Shown here: positions 1-13,121 of the stretch, one piece after another | How positions within the stretch are numbered: position 1 is the stretch's first letter | Layout of the letters: each line of letters begins with the position of its first letter | DNA from: Lepidodermella squamata | Taxonomy: Eukaryota; Animalia; Gastrotricha | Assembly (NCBI GenBank): GCA_047495785.1 | Contig: JBLDXI010000001.1 | Location: forward strand, 4,340,001-4,404,000 | Direction: 5' to 3' | DNA length: 64,000 nt | Position numbers and translations under genes: made by a program | The notes under the pieces: generated by a model | Told to the model about the DNA's origin: nothing | The model's database searches: none | The model's input: the letters and a program-made list of their open reading frames with translations, nothing else

Positions 1-733
1 GATATCAAGCTAGTCGGCCCGCACATTATTGAACGGATGAGGCGAATCTTCCGGCGTGATGATAAAATAGTCGAATTTTGCAAGTACTGGGAGAAGCAGT
101 GGCTGACGACTGTTCCGCCCGAGGAGTGGTGCGTTTACGACGAGGACGTGCGGACGAACAACGGTGTTGAAGGCAACAACAGCCGATACAACAGAGCCGC
201 GCGTTGTAGCCACCTCGCCTTTTGGCGCTTCTGTCACCTGATAATCGCGATCGAAGACGAGACTGACAGTGATTTGCAGCAGCAAGACGCCGGCCAGCAA
301 ATCAAGAAGCAGAAGGCGAAATACCGCCGCATCAACGACGCGATTAATAACCTCACGGCGAAATACAAGAAAAAGCGTGCTCTTCTCGTCAATAGTGATG
401 CGGTTAAGAAACTGGCCCTCAACACGCTGACCAAGTTTGAGTGTTACCTTCATGATATGAACCGCCAAATTTGACCTGATTACCTCACTACTCGATTGCT
501 TTAATAGCTTTAATCCATTTCTTTTGTGCGTAATAAATCCTCACCATGCAAGGTTACTCAATAAAATTCGGCTTCCTAAACAGTTGTTCTTGGTAAACTT
601 GAATAAAACCAGAGGATTAGGGAGCGGATTAGGCATAAACGCGAGCTAACCGCTTCAAGTGCATTCAAGTGGGAGTATTTCGCATTGGTAAACTTGCATT
701 GGGAAAGTTGCATTGGCAAAGTTGAAGACACCC
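1..733 (+). mobile_element. 3' end of a Mutator-like (MULE) DNA transposon
   Basis: Transposase C-terminus followed by repeated GCATTGG subterminal motifs. The end reads GGGTGTCTTCAAC on the minus strand at 733. The left end is outside the window. Confidence 0.7.
37..474 (+). CDS. MULE transposase, C-terminal part (true start probably upstream of the window)
   Basis: YWEKQWL...W.VY...RTNNGVEG.N motif, typical of the MULE catalytic Glu region. Confidence 0.75.
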   Translation: MRRIFRRDDKIVEFCKYWEKQWLTTVPPEEWCVYDEDVRTNNGVEGNNSRYNRAARCSHLAFWRFCHLIIAIEDETDSDLQQQDAGQQIKKQKAKYRRINDAINNLTAKYKKKRALLVNSDAVKKLALNTLTKFECYLHDMNRQI

Positions 734-859
734 ATTTTAGCGATCGGATAATTTCATGTGTTTAGACACAATCGAGGAGTTTCAAGAGAAATTAATTAGG
801 TTTCTATTGTTCGCGTGAATCATACATCAAAACACCATGATTTTACTATTTCTGGGGGT

Positions 860-893
860 AATTTGACCCCCAGTCCGGACTGGGGGTCAAATT
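860..893. repeat. 34-bp perfect palindrome; related stem-loop at 8256-8301
   Basis: AATTTGACCCCCAGTCCGGACTGGGGGTCAAATT is self-complementary. The CAGTCCGGACTG core and GGGTCAAAT arms recur at 8256-8301. Confidence 0.8.
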
Positions 894-1889
894 GTTTCAC
901 ATTTGTTACGATATTCCAATTATTTGAGCAGAAACATCACTTATTTCAGTGAATAAACATATACTATAAGATACTTCTAATTACTTCTGAGAGTAAACGT
1001 GAAATTCGCGTAAAACTTTGAGAAAATCCCTTCGATCACCTCATTTTTGGGCAAAATTTCAACTATTCCGTATTAATTCAGATGTATTCCCAGAAAAAGT
1101 GAAACAAACTGAAACAAAGCTCGAACATTTCGAAACAATTTGATGCACCTTTCGATCACAACCCCCTTAGATTTTTTTACTACGGAGAGGCTCTGCGTTT
1201 ACCAGTCGAAATCGAGCCCATTATCTTGACAATTTCAGAATTTTAAATAGAATTCTGTCGAAATGATTGTCGCGCTATCGATGATGTCAGCATTTTATGG
1301 TAAGATAATATATTGCTGAAAAATAGCTGAGATGAAAACATGTTTCTTTCAACCATTTTTTAGCGACATCTTCGCTCCACTGGCATTGCGCGTTCGTTGA
1401 CAAGCAGCGAGCCATCGATACTCGGCGTCACTGATCGGCGAAAACTAGACATAATAGACCTTAGAATTAGAAGTAATACACGCTGGTCCGCCAATTTATG
1501 CTGGCTTTTATCAGGTAAATTTTGAATATTCACTCTTCAGCTCTTTGAAAACGGCTGCACTGCGTCACAAATCTTGATTAATTTTCTCAAAAAGTAGTAC
1601 ATGAAAGGTTTTCACGGCTTGTCCCATTAGTTGTGCAACCATTTTTTGATTTCGCATATTTCGCAAAGGAATTCAACTAATTTTTCAAATTTAACCCAAC
1701 AAGGGGAACCTTCTTTATTTTTCCGAATTCAAAATTTACTCGACAAAACCGTGAAAACCCGAAACTACAAAAAACTACAATGTCCCATAAATATAAATAT
1801 AGATAATAATTGAACATTTCAAAAACGTCATTGAATAGTAATCAAGTATCCCACATAGAATCTACAAAAGATGAAGAAATCGGGCCCAA

Positions 1890-2865
1890 CTATTTATTGT
1901 TGATGATCGTCCTGTTATTATTTTTTACTTGCGTTGCAACCGGCAGGGGCGGCGAAGCTACCGGCATTGGCGATATCGGCTCGAACACTGGCGTCTGAGG
2001 CTCGACCAACGGCGACAGCAACGCAATCGGTGCTGCTTCAAGTAAGGAGGAAGAGGAGTCACAAGGTGGAAATGACAATGGGCGGCGGAGCGAAAACGGG
2101 ATGTATTTCGGGAAATGTGTCAACGGACTCGGAAGGCTCATCGGTACGATCGGCTAATGACGACATGCTGAACCGGATGAGATCGAAGCGAAAACAAGAA
2201 AGCGAGCAAAAATGCAAATAGTAATCAAGATGAATACTGGAGCAATGAAGGCCGGTTTGGATACCTCAGTTCGCAAGGGCAAATCGTCATTCTTAGTGTT
2301 CACGTCTGGGTCTCGGCGTCACGGCTTGCCAATGGAGGAGTCAACCCGCCGCGTCAACAGCGCATCGAACGCCCGGAACACGTCCTCCGCCGTAAAGGCA
2401 CTCGACGGCGGCTCGTCGAGAAAACGACACCGCTAAACGTTGGTGGCGAATGGAGCGCAACGCATCTTCGTCTCGGCCTGCGACGGCGACGACCGGATAG
2501 CGAGTAGACCCTCGAAATTCGACCCGAACGGAAGGCAGGGACGAGGTGTTGCGACCGGCACGGGCTCGACCAATGGCGACAGCAGCGCAATCGGCGACGA
2601 AGCAGGAATGGTTATCGGCGAAGCGTCCAGGGAATCGTGTGGCTCGAATCGCTGGATATCACGATCGGAACAGGAGCGAAGTTAGGATGAATCTCGCCGA
2701 CATCCGGGAGCATCGCGGCTGACTCATTGGAGACAAAACGCTACTGTTGGAAGACTCTTCGGAATGGCTGTTGATCGAAGACATTTTGCGGAAAAAAGCG
2801 GGAATCTCTACAAGAATATTGGCGCTGTCATGTGGAACGGAACGGGAAGAGGAATTCAAAGCCAT
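1890..2865 (-). pseudogene. Degenerate Pro/Ser-rich coding-like region with an internal repeat
   Basis: GC-rich island with broken frames. PIALLSPLVEP is encoded twice (1999-2030 and 2563-2594). Confidence 0.35.
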
Positions 2866-5800
2866 TCATATTTTGGGCAATGCGTGAATTATAGAAGTTA
2901 GAATTCGATCAGAAATCGCTGAAATTGGCGGCTGATCAATTTTTCTGTTATAAATATTGCACAGCTCTATTGCTAACTGTTAAATCAATCGTAAATTTAT
3001 TGTAAAAAAAATGGACGGGAATAAAAATTGGTGTTAATTCCTCCGGATTTTGTGTTTTTTTGAAAGGTCAATTTCACGAATCGCTGATTTGGGGTGAATG
3101 ATTACCTATATTTCTCGATGCGGTTAAGAATGGGTAAAAGTTGTTGAAAAGCTGTTGATAAGCGCTACCAGTATAGCCTTGGGAGTATAGCAGAATATCC
3201 GGTGCGGAACCAAAGTTGCCTGTTTCAGAATTCGACACCAAACGAAAGCTAGCGTTCATTCAGGTAAAAAATTATCGAGCCATCCTTACATCACCAAAAT
3301 GTCGAAAATGAATATTTTGAAATAACGGTTCCCGTCCCAAAAGTTGTTTTTGCAATAATTTTCTAATTTTGCCCAAATTTGATGGAAAATCAAGGGTTTT
3401 TCTATATCCTTTATCCGCACAGGTAATGCGATTATCTCACCGATGAAATAAGAAATTTACTGGGAAAATCCCGGAAAGATCTTAGAAATCCAATATTTTC
3501 GGTTATTTTCGAACAAATTGCATTGGTTTTTTCCTGCTACCAGAGCCAAATTTGCATGTCAACGGAACCAGTTGTCTTATTACATATTTTTATTGGGCGT
3601 GAAACCTCATCGTAATTTTATAGCGATTATCACTTAATTCAACGTAAAATTCTATGCATGAAGCTGTGTTCACTTTAGGTATCAGACGTTATACCCCAAA
3701 ATTCTTAGAATTTGAAAATCGGCATTACCGTAGTTATTTTGGACAAAAACACGGTTTTCGGCTCTAGAAAATCATGAACATTTTTTACAAATGTGAAAAT
3801 TTCAGGGCATGAGGGGGCTCACTTCCCATCCCTCTGTACAAATTTTGGTAACTTTGTCATTTTACTTTGATTTTATAGAAATACTGGAAGGTTAGGCTAA
3901 ATTTGGGCACTAATGGGGTACTTTTGGACACCTCATTAGCATATTCATAATTGTCGGGATGTATGCAGAACTCGAAATTTTTATTGAAATTCGGAAAAAA
4001 ATGTGCACACGGTGCCAAGAAACTGATGACGTCATCCAAACTCGCTATTATTTTTAGCTCAACGCATTTATTAGATATGTCTAAAATTGCCCCACGTGGG
4101 CCTTAAATTTGAGCTCATTCATTCATTTTTCTCGCCTAATCCTTTATCGGTCACGCAATAGCATAAGTGAAAACGGTGAAATAATGTTGCCCGTTAGCCG
4201 CTAGCCGGAAGTTGCTGTTTTCTCGTCACCGATCTGATGTCTGTTTCAATAAACGTGGAATTTGAACTGATGATTGATTCAAAACCGCCGCTGATGTGAG
4301 CAGCGGATGTGAAAATGCAAGCGCTCTTTCGACACCGCCGGCGAAAAGCGCGCGCGCGCACTTATCACGCATACTTCATCAGTGCGATGATTGGCGGTTC
4401 CAGTAAATTCCTGCGAAATTGATAGCATCATCAACTGTAAACTAAAACCGCGCACATGTTTCGAGGTCTCGCCACGTCTGTTTTTCCTCACCATTTTAAT
4501 GACAGAAGATATCCGGCTATCATCTTCGCGCCAATCCCTGGCATTATTAAGTGTCATTTCCAGCCGACAGGCATTCATTTCCTAAATAGTTATCGCCTCG
4601 TACCATTTGAGAGATTTTTGTTGTTCGATCATTTCCATTTTATTCACTGTATTCGACCTCGCTGCATGTCTCATTTACTTCTTTTACAAATTTTCCGCCA
4701 TTATTTCTCTGAGAATATCTTGCTGGTTCCGCTTTTTGATTTTGAGGGGAACCGAAATTGCCTGTGATGCACATTTTAAATAATTAATTTGCCGAACTCT
4801 GCGCCTCCTCTGAATTTTCGTGAATATTGCGCCTTTTTAAAATAATCCGAATAAATTATGCCCTTAATTATCTACAAAATTTCAATTTCTGATGTGATAT
4901 TTTCGCGTAAACCTCAAAATTTTGACGCTATTATTATTATCCAAAATAAAGCCAATTTCTTTTCATCTCATTTTGCGAAGCGTCGTTTTTCCTATATGTA
5001 AAAGAATTTCGAAAGTTCATTCAATTTAGCAGGCACATTTTCGATATTACGGTATTTTCCGGCCCTTTGCGCCCGCTGTTACCCAACTCCTTATAGGTGG
5101 CAATATCGTTAGTTCGATGATTTTTTATTTTTGGAAAATGGATTTTCAGGCGGCAAATTGATTACTGGCATTTTGATTCGACTTTACAAAAGCGATGCAA
5201 ATATTTTTAGCTTGGAGCTTGGAGCAAAATACTTGCTCTAATCGCCTGATTTTCGAGGATTGAAAATTGTGATAAATTTTTTAATTTGACCTAGATTTGT
5301 TACTGTAAGGATCTTGATATCGACTCATATTCATCGATTGATATCATAATTTGAAATTGATTCCTGTCGAAACAACAATCGAGGATGCCAACAAATGGTA
5401 AAAGCTAAATCTTTGCGGAAAATAATTGACTATAAAAAATGCAATCTTCTCAGGAATAATTGGGCTCCACAGGCATCGCACGCTCATCGAATCAGGCAGC
5501 TGATCGGCGAAACAATAATTCCATAGACCTAGAATTAGAAGTATACCGTTCCAACAGTCGACGATTGCCGTTATCAGGTAATTTTGAATTTTTACTCCTA
5601 AGCTCTTTAAAAGCAGTCAGTTTTTATCGGTCACACCTGCTAACTCATTATTGATTTTCGTCGAAAATAAGGTCAAATACAGCGTGGCTCATAAATAACG
5701 TAAGCAAAGAAAATGTACGGAAAAGGGTTCAGAAACTTTAAATGAGAGACGAAGTCGCATTCATGGGCAGAAACATTTTAGAAAAAAAATTCAAAAAATC

Positions 5801-6340
5801 ACTAGAATAGTAATCAAGTACGTCAATTGTTGACGGGATTAAAAAATCCGGAGAAATTTGGTCTAACCGGGTTAAATACCGAAAATAACCGAACCAGTTA
5901 CCATTTCCGGGTTTTCTCCGGTACATTTTTTATTTCTTCGGTTGAATCGCGGATAAAAAACAGCAAAATTAAGAAATAATTTAATCCGACTCAAAAAAAA
6001 TAATAAAAAATAATAATAAAATCCAGGTGAATTCGATTCAACCGAGTAAAAATTCTGAAAATGCCAAATCCTTGGTTTTTTATCTTGTAAACTCCGAATA
6101 TTCTCCCGCGGCTAAAGAATGGAAGATGTAGGTACTCTCGGTAAATAGGCTTAATTTAAAAATATCGTTGCTAAATATACAGTTTAGTTTAATTTTTTAA
6201 CAAAAATTGCAAAACTGAAAACGCAAATTATGGGACGCGCCGTATAGTGCTTCAAAATGTAAAGATAGCAGAGTTTCACGCAGCTAGCTTTATAAATTAT
6301 TTTGATATAATAGAAAATTATCTTTCCTAATTCTAAACAT

Positions 6341-6703
6341 TTATATTTGTATTTTTAGGCGACCTCCTCTGCCCCGAACGTGATTCATAACTTTTCGATT
6401 ACTGTGGAGCCGTTGGTCAACGTGTCTTCCGACGTTGACGGCGTTATGTGACTTTGGAGAGATTGCGTCAAGCACGATGAGTAAGATTAGTTCAAACGAA
6501 GTTTCGAGGAATATAAGGATCGTCGGTATGACCCGCTTGTCTAATGGGCTGACTGGGCGGCCGTCATAGCCGACTGGGTTAAAATGGTCGACTCTTGTGA
6601 GAATCGGGTGAGAATCTCCGAAGGCGAAATCCAGATAGGCCCTTAGTTCGGGCACCGTAGTCGGCTGGCTGAATAAGGATGCAGCACGGTCTCGCAGAGC
6701 CAT
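6341..6703 (-). CDS. Hypothetical protein (MALRDRAASLF...)
   Basis: GC-elevated ORF. Shares PKSxxxxxxxRHV and the DNA motif CACGTTCGG...AGAGGAGGTCGC with the neighbouring ORF. Confidence 0.35.
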   Translation of the reverse strand: MALRDRAASLFSQPTTVPELRAYLDFAFGDSHPILTRVDHFNPVGYDGRPVSPLDKRVIPTILIFLETSFELILLIVLDAISPKSHNAVNVGRHVDQRLHSNRKVMNHVRGRGGRLKIQI

Positions 6704-6750
6704 TTGCAAGTTCAACTGAGGTGTTATATAATTCAAAAAAGTCAGAAAAG

Positions 6751-7274
6751 TCAAAGACATAAGGCCATGCATATTTTATTCATGTTGTTTTGTCCGCCGG
6801 TTTGCTTGCCGAAGAGGTCGAAGCAGCATTGAGCGACCTCCTCTATACTCCGAACGTGTCTCTCAGTTGTGCGAGGACGGTCTGATTTCGGGACCACTCG
6901 TGAAGACAAGCGATGATTTCTGGGCCGAATTGGTCGACTCCGTTCGATGCGACGCTTCGGCCGCATTAAATGGAAATTAGCCTGCTGCGCCCAGACTTCG
7001 TAAGGTCGACCCTGCTCCCAACCAGGTTCGGGGTATTGCGCGAGCAAGGACCGTTCTAGCTATAAGCAAAGGACAAGTTTTAGCGGGCAAGGACACCAAA
7101 TCCTGATGGGGTCATGTATTGGGTGATCCATTGGTTCAAGTTGTAACGGCCTAGCTTGCGCTGCTCCTGCCGCCAGCCGTCGATAGTGAAGAATGCCAAG
7201 ATTAATTGCAGCGCTCGTTGGTTCTGCTCGACATTGTTGATGTTTCTACGGTTATTGGCAGCGTCGGCGCTCAT
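6751..7274 (-). CDS. Hypothetical protein, probably two exons (ORFs 7080-7274 and 6751-7047)
   Basis: Adjacent GC-elevated ORFs can be joined by a ~43-nt GT..TAGCTAG intron. The donor site is weak. Confidence 0.35.
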
Positions 7275-7324
7275 CGTTTAGGTAACTTCCACTTGAGCGT
7301 TCTATGATGCAATGTTAAAAATTA

Positions 7325-7514
7325 CAGTACTCCCTCGATTGAAGCACCCTCGTTAGATCTTATATAGGGCTGTTAACGATCGAAAAGGGTTGCATCCCCA
7401 GATTGGTACGTCTCATGCCCCAGATGGTGCCAATTTGACCTTGATAAAAGCACTGCTGCTTGTTAAAAGAACGGGTCTGGCGTTGGACCCCGTGCCTTTA
7501 TCGAGGGAATACTG
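7325..7514. mobile_element. Tc1/pogo-type MITE, 190 bp
   Basis: TIRs CAGTACTCCCTCGAT and ATCGAGGGAATACTG. TA on the left flank, TG on the right. Confidence 0.65.
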
Positions 7515-9303
7515 TGGTTGTGGTTATGAGGTAGAACCTAGAATCTAAACTCTAAACAGAGGCGTATGCGAAATTTAAAGGAATGTATTAAAACTCGCAG
7601 CAATTTGCAATTTTTCTGCTGATCATAAAATAATTCTTGGCTCAATTATTACTTATACTTTTTTGAACGATCAAAAGCGCACTATAGATATTGTTTTATT
7701 AATGTCGAATTGTTGTTGTTTTCCCTGCTGCTTTGCCTTCATTTTATAATTTCTCAGCCTATATAATTACTGTAATGTTTTTAATATATTGTTTTCGCCC
7801 TGCTAATGAAAAAATCGAGGAGAATAAAATTTCTGTTAAATTATCTGACTTTTGCTCTATTAATTTACTCAGTTTTCAAATGTCGCTATGAGAATCGCTG
7901 GTTTCGGAATAGTTTAGAAAAACTATACCTAATTCTCGAAGCGGGCAAAAAATGTGTACATTGTTGACGATGCCTATGACAGAATACTTATGCGAAATCG
8001 TTGCTGTTATGGAGGTTCGAAATTCACCACTGTTTATTCGTAATAATAATTAGCGTAACTGTTGAATTAAAAAGCGTCGCCGAAAATTTGATCACAACAC
8101 CGAACAAAAGCACCTCGATTTTAATAAAAAATTCAAATGAGAGCAACAAATCGATAGAAATGGCAAATAATTATCCAAGACGAGGTTGCTTTGCCCAGAT
8201 TTTTCGAGTTTTCCTCAAGTTTTGCGGGAAATTCATGAGTTATTTGCTTTTTTTAGGGTCAAATTTATCACACAGTCCGGACTGGGGTGCATATTTGACC
8301 CCGAAATTTTCGATTTATTCCTCAAAAATCGACTGCTAATATCACTCGATAATTTCGATTGGCTCTGGTCGTTTGTGGTGTGTTTGCTTCTTTCGATCAC
8401 GTCTTTCGGAGCAATATGTCCTTATTGAGACATTTTCGCCAAGTTAATCAAGGAATAACGTGAAATAAGCGGGGTTAAATGTTTGCTCGTTTCGACCATC
8501 GAACAACCCTCATTATCGAATTATTCCTGTTGCCTCAACATAAATCCTAGAATGCAGGCCTTATAAAACATGAAACTAACACGAATTATCACAATATACC
8601 ACCGAACATTTTACATTTTATATTCGGGCGATGGTGGCTGCGATGGTAATTATGGTGGCTACAACGGCTAGCTGTCGGGTATGCAATGCCAGCCTAGAGC
8701 GGCCTCGGGCATGCAAGCATATCAAATCGGGCATGCAAGTTACGCCTTTTGCCAATTTCCAATTCTTATTTATTTCAAATTTATCACGTTTTTCGAGTCG
8801 GCGCAATAAAGGCGGCTGAACACTTCGGAATATGTTAAATTCTAGCGAGTCGGCGATTTTTCACTGGCGATTTAGTCACGCGCCGCTGTGTGTATCACCG
8901 CTATGGCGAGGGTCTGCGATTTTCGGTTATTGACACGCACCAATTACGCGGCATATATTTTGTGGCGCGTTATACTGCATTAGTTACCTACTCTAGTTTT
9001 GGATTTTGGGCATCAGTCTCTTTTGTTTTAAATTCAGTCGCATTTTCGAGCATTTTCCTCTTTATTGCCATGCAAATTCTATCATTTTCACTCTGTTTCT
9101 CCCCGCCTTGTTTTAATTAATTTCCAAGCCTGTTGTTATTCCAAAAAAACAACAGGCTGTCGACTAACTCATTCCTTTCGTCGGGTTAATTTTTGAATTT
9201 ATGCCCCTCAATTTACTAAATAATTCTATATAATTCTGTATATTGGCTTAAAACGCTAGATTTTAGAGCAATACCTTAAAATCTAGATTTAGAAGAATTT
9301 GCT

Positions 9304-9528
9304 CTACGCGAACCACTCAACCAAAGCTTCCGACTCCGGATCGGGCGCCAATAATTGCTGCCGAACGCTCTGGTGAAAACGCATGACTGCGTCGTCGATG
9401 GCCACGGTGCGAGCCTGGTCGGCGTAAGCTGACAACTGAAGTTCGTACGTCGCGATTATGAAGTTTGCGAACTCCACGACACCGTCGAGAGTCGACAAGT
9501 CAAGGGCTTCAAGATCCGCAGCTGACAT
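9304..9528 (-). CDS. Small acidic helical hypothetical protein, 74 aa
   Basis: ATG-initiated, GC-elevated ORF with protein-like composition. No family recognised. Confidence 0.4.
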   Translation of the reverse strand: MSAADLEALDLSTLDGVVEFANFIIATYELQLSAYADQARTVAIDDAVMRFHQSVRQQLLAPDPESEALVEWFA

Positions 9529-11410
9529 CTCGGCAAGTTTGCAGATTGAAAATGTTTACAGATTGAAAATAAATAGGCAAATGGCAAGTAACAATCGCAA
9601 CCCACGATGAGGCTTGGCGGCTTCTTTCTCGACTGGCAAAACTGTCGCCGGAACGGTCTATGACGCCGCTGGAACCGCCGGTTCCACCAAGCCTATTCCA
9701 CTTAACAATGGTGGTGATGCTGATTATTACCCAGACGCGTGCATTGCTTCACCCAACTGATTTTCGCCGTGTTTATTGCGCGGCAACATGGGACTGCAGG
9801 TGCATTACGATAACGGCGGCGAGTCGGTGTGATTTTGCGCCCTTACCCTGATAGTCGAGCAGCCATGCGGGCGCCGTTGCGAAGACGACTATCGCCGTGA
9901 ATTATCTCCAGCCGGTCTCAATCAGTTGTGCGAACATCGCCCGCTTAATATTAGTGATTAGTGTTACAGCAGAATTTTACGAATCATTATAAAGAAAGCT
10001 AGGCCATTACTAAAATTATTTGCAATATTAAAAAAAAATGAGGAAAATATCTAATATTGAGGTGGGCTCAAAATTATTCGTTTGAAAATTCGAATTCGAT
10101 GAATAGGTATGTCTACAAATTTTATTGTACGTATGTACTTATTGGACGACATTTTATGTAATTAAATCTTCTATTTTGTCGTGACGGTTTTTACACAGAT
10201 ATTCACGGTTATTCGCGATTATTTACTCGGCCAACGTCATTGCGAATTAGTCACGCGCAGACGGGCCGAATCGCGAATCGACCACTCGCGATTTTAGTTT
10301 ACCCAATCTCGATACAGACACGCACAAAGGCACCTAAAAGTAGGACACGCACTAGCCTGTGTGATAATTGTTTTCGTTCTTGTTTTATTTGGGCTATTAT
10401 GGCCTCTTTTTCCGATTTTTGTTTGCCGTTTGTTTTCCAATCTCACGAAGCCAATCGCTTCTTGGCGAGGGCAATGGCGAGTCGATCATCCCCTGCCGCA
10501 GGTCGGCGGATGAAATTTGGTGATCAATAGGTCGTTGAATCGTCTAACTAGAACTTAGAATCTAAACTCTAGAAGAGGAATTTGAAATCATCCATGTATA
10601 TGGGAAATGCTTGCATTAGAACTCGCGAACATCATGGGAAAATTTGCAATTTTTATGTTGCGTAAAGTGTCATTCACCCTTGATCGATTTTCATCTCAAA
10701 TTTGTTATACTTATATTTCTCGAATATTTGTGTTCTTTACCTTCATCTTTAACCTTCTATGTTAGCCTATAATTATGATATAATTCGCTGATATTCTGAA
10801 CTTTTATCGCCCTCGCCGGAATAAAGTGAATAAGAATAAAAAATGCCGACGATTTTTCCGGTTTTTACTATTTGATTTCAAATAATTCTAATGTCAATTT
10901 AAAAAAATGACCTAAAATAGTCTACAAAAATGGCCATTTTCGGGTGATTATTTACAAATCGTGCCGTCGAGAACACTGTAACAGATTGGAGAAAACAATT
11001 TGTTCGATCGGTATTCGCAAAAAGCGCGGTACGCGACCACTTTGTTTTGGTCACCCAATTATTCATTTATTTTTTTCAATTTTTTTTTCAAATTTTGTTG
11101 TTTGAGTTTTGGCATACTTACTCATTCCGAATATCGCCGAATAATACACCTTTTTTCAATTGCAATTGCGGAAAATTCAAAACAGTTTGCAGGCACGTGG
11201 TTTATGTGTGACGGTTGTTTATCTGAAAATTTAAATTTAAATCACGTGCTCACGCCACCATTTCGTGTCATGTTTTGAGGCCAGAGACAACTCTTTCATG
11301 AACTTTCGAGAAAAGAAGAACGAAAAATGCTCTCAATATTCATCTCATGAAAAAAATTTATTTCCGAAATTTCTACAAAATTTTTGTTCAAAAAAATTAT
11401 TCTCAAATTA

Positions 11411-12519
11411 ATGCCTTACAACAGAACATCAAACGTAGATCGGTTAAGGTTGATACGGGCTTTCAATGACGGTACTGATTACGTTAATTTCGGTAGGATG
11501 CTCGGCATCAAAGAGCGAACGATTTATAACATCATAAGTACTTATAGAGAAGAAAATCGCTCGGAAAGTTTGCATCGAGGGGGGCGACCAAAGGCTTGGC
11601 GGGAGGATTTTACCCATTTCGTTATTGAGAGGCTTGAGGACAATAGCCAGCTTACCCTGGAACAAATTCAGACAATGCTGCTTGTCGAGTTCGGCGCTGG
11701 CCTCTCCATTTCCACTATCCATCGTCACCTTGAGTATATCGGCTTTACTGTTAAGAAGGTCTACGCTTGTCCAGCGGATAGAAATCGACCTGATGTCATA
11801 GCCCTAAGAATTGTTTACGCGAATTGGTTCAACGGGTTTCGTCTGCATAACAGGTATTACTATCAGGACGAGTTCGGGGTCTGCCTTTGGACTCGTCGAT
11901 CTTGTGGCCGAGCTCGTCGTGGTCAGCGGGCTGTTGTGCAAAATCCGATGTCCCATGGTGGCAAAAATGTGTCTGTTTCGGTCGTCGTTTCGAGGCATGA
12001 GGGGTTGGTCTATTATCGATTGTACGATGAAGGTATGAAAAACAACATGTTTCGTGAGTTTATGCTCCAGGTATGAGCGGAAAAATTCATCAAATTGACG
12101 ATTTTTCTGAAAAATTTGATTTATAGGCGTCAGCAGTGGTTGGCGTTAATAACCCGGCGACTTTCATCATCGACAATTGCCGCTCTCACAATGGCGCCGT
12201 CGGTGAACTGCCGCAAGGCCATACCATACACTTTTTACCGCCGTACTCACCATTTCTAAACCCAATAGAAAATGTTTTCTCTGCTGTCAAGTCTGGCATC
12301 AAAAGAGAAATTGCGGCGAGACGTGTCGAGCTGTTTGAGCTTCTAGCCGCTGCCCGAGAACTTGGTCAACCGATGACGCCAATTTGTCGAAACTTTCTGC
12401 ACGAAATTGTCGAGCGTAATCTTCGATCGATCGTTACTCCGGCATTGGTGCGAGCCTGTGACGATCATGTACTGAATTATCTTCCAGCTTGTGCTGCTGG
12501 GCAACCGATTATTTATTAA
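11411..12519 (+). CDS. IS630/Tc1-like DDE transposase, ~350 aa; exons 11411-12070 and 12127-12519
   Basis: N-terminal HTH regions with GGRPK; motifs YYQDEFG, IIDNCRSH and LPPYSPFLNPIE. A phase-0 56-nt GTATGA..TTATAG intron joins the two ORFs in frame. Confidence 0.92.
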
Positions 12520-12637
12520 GAAATTTTTGCAGGAAAATTTGAAGAACCGAAAAAAGATGAATGAAATAAAAGAAACGTTTAATCGCGTGCTTCGCTTTAT
12601 TTACGCTAATTCAAAAATTACGAATAAAAATCAGTGT

Positions 12638-13121
12638 TCATTGAAGTGAAGAATACGCCTGCCAAATAGGCTTTTCAATCAGCTCAATCGCCTTAGCAAC
12701 AATCGATCCTTCCGAGCGGCGAAGACGTCTCATTAAGTCCGGGTCGAACAACAGATAATCACGAAGGCTTCCTCTTGAAGGTGCAAACTTGTGCTTTTGC
12801 AAATATTGAACAAAAGACAGTTGTAGCTCGTTTTCTTCGGCTTTAGTCCACTTTCGCCGTGATCGATCTAAATGAAATGAAATTGAACACAGCTCGTTGC
12901 GCATTACATTAATTACCAATATTTGCCATGACAATGTGACGTGGCGGCAGTTCTGGCCGCGGTCGAGGGAGATTCGTCGGCACAATCAAGGGCAAGCCCA
13001 AGTCTTTCCAGGTTACCTTCTTGCTCGGTGGTTCCGAGACCGAGGCTGATCTTTCTAAAGTGGCCCCACGCTTTCGGCCACTACGATTTCGATTCGGCGA
13101 CGGATCGGTTGAACTTGACAT
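12638..13121 (-). CDS. Myb/SANT-like putative DNA-binding protein, ~144 aa; exons 13121-12917 and 12867-12638
   Basis: A phase-1 49-nt GTAATT..CATTTAG intron joins the ORFs. Basic NLS-like N-terminus (RSGRKRG, PPSKK), then RRKWTKAEENEL...RRSEGSIVAK. Confidence 0.65.

Noticed and set aside
10-468. 152-aa minus-strand ORF
   Set aside because: Antisense shadow of the MULE transposase.
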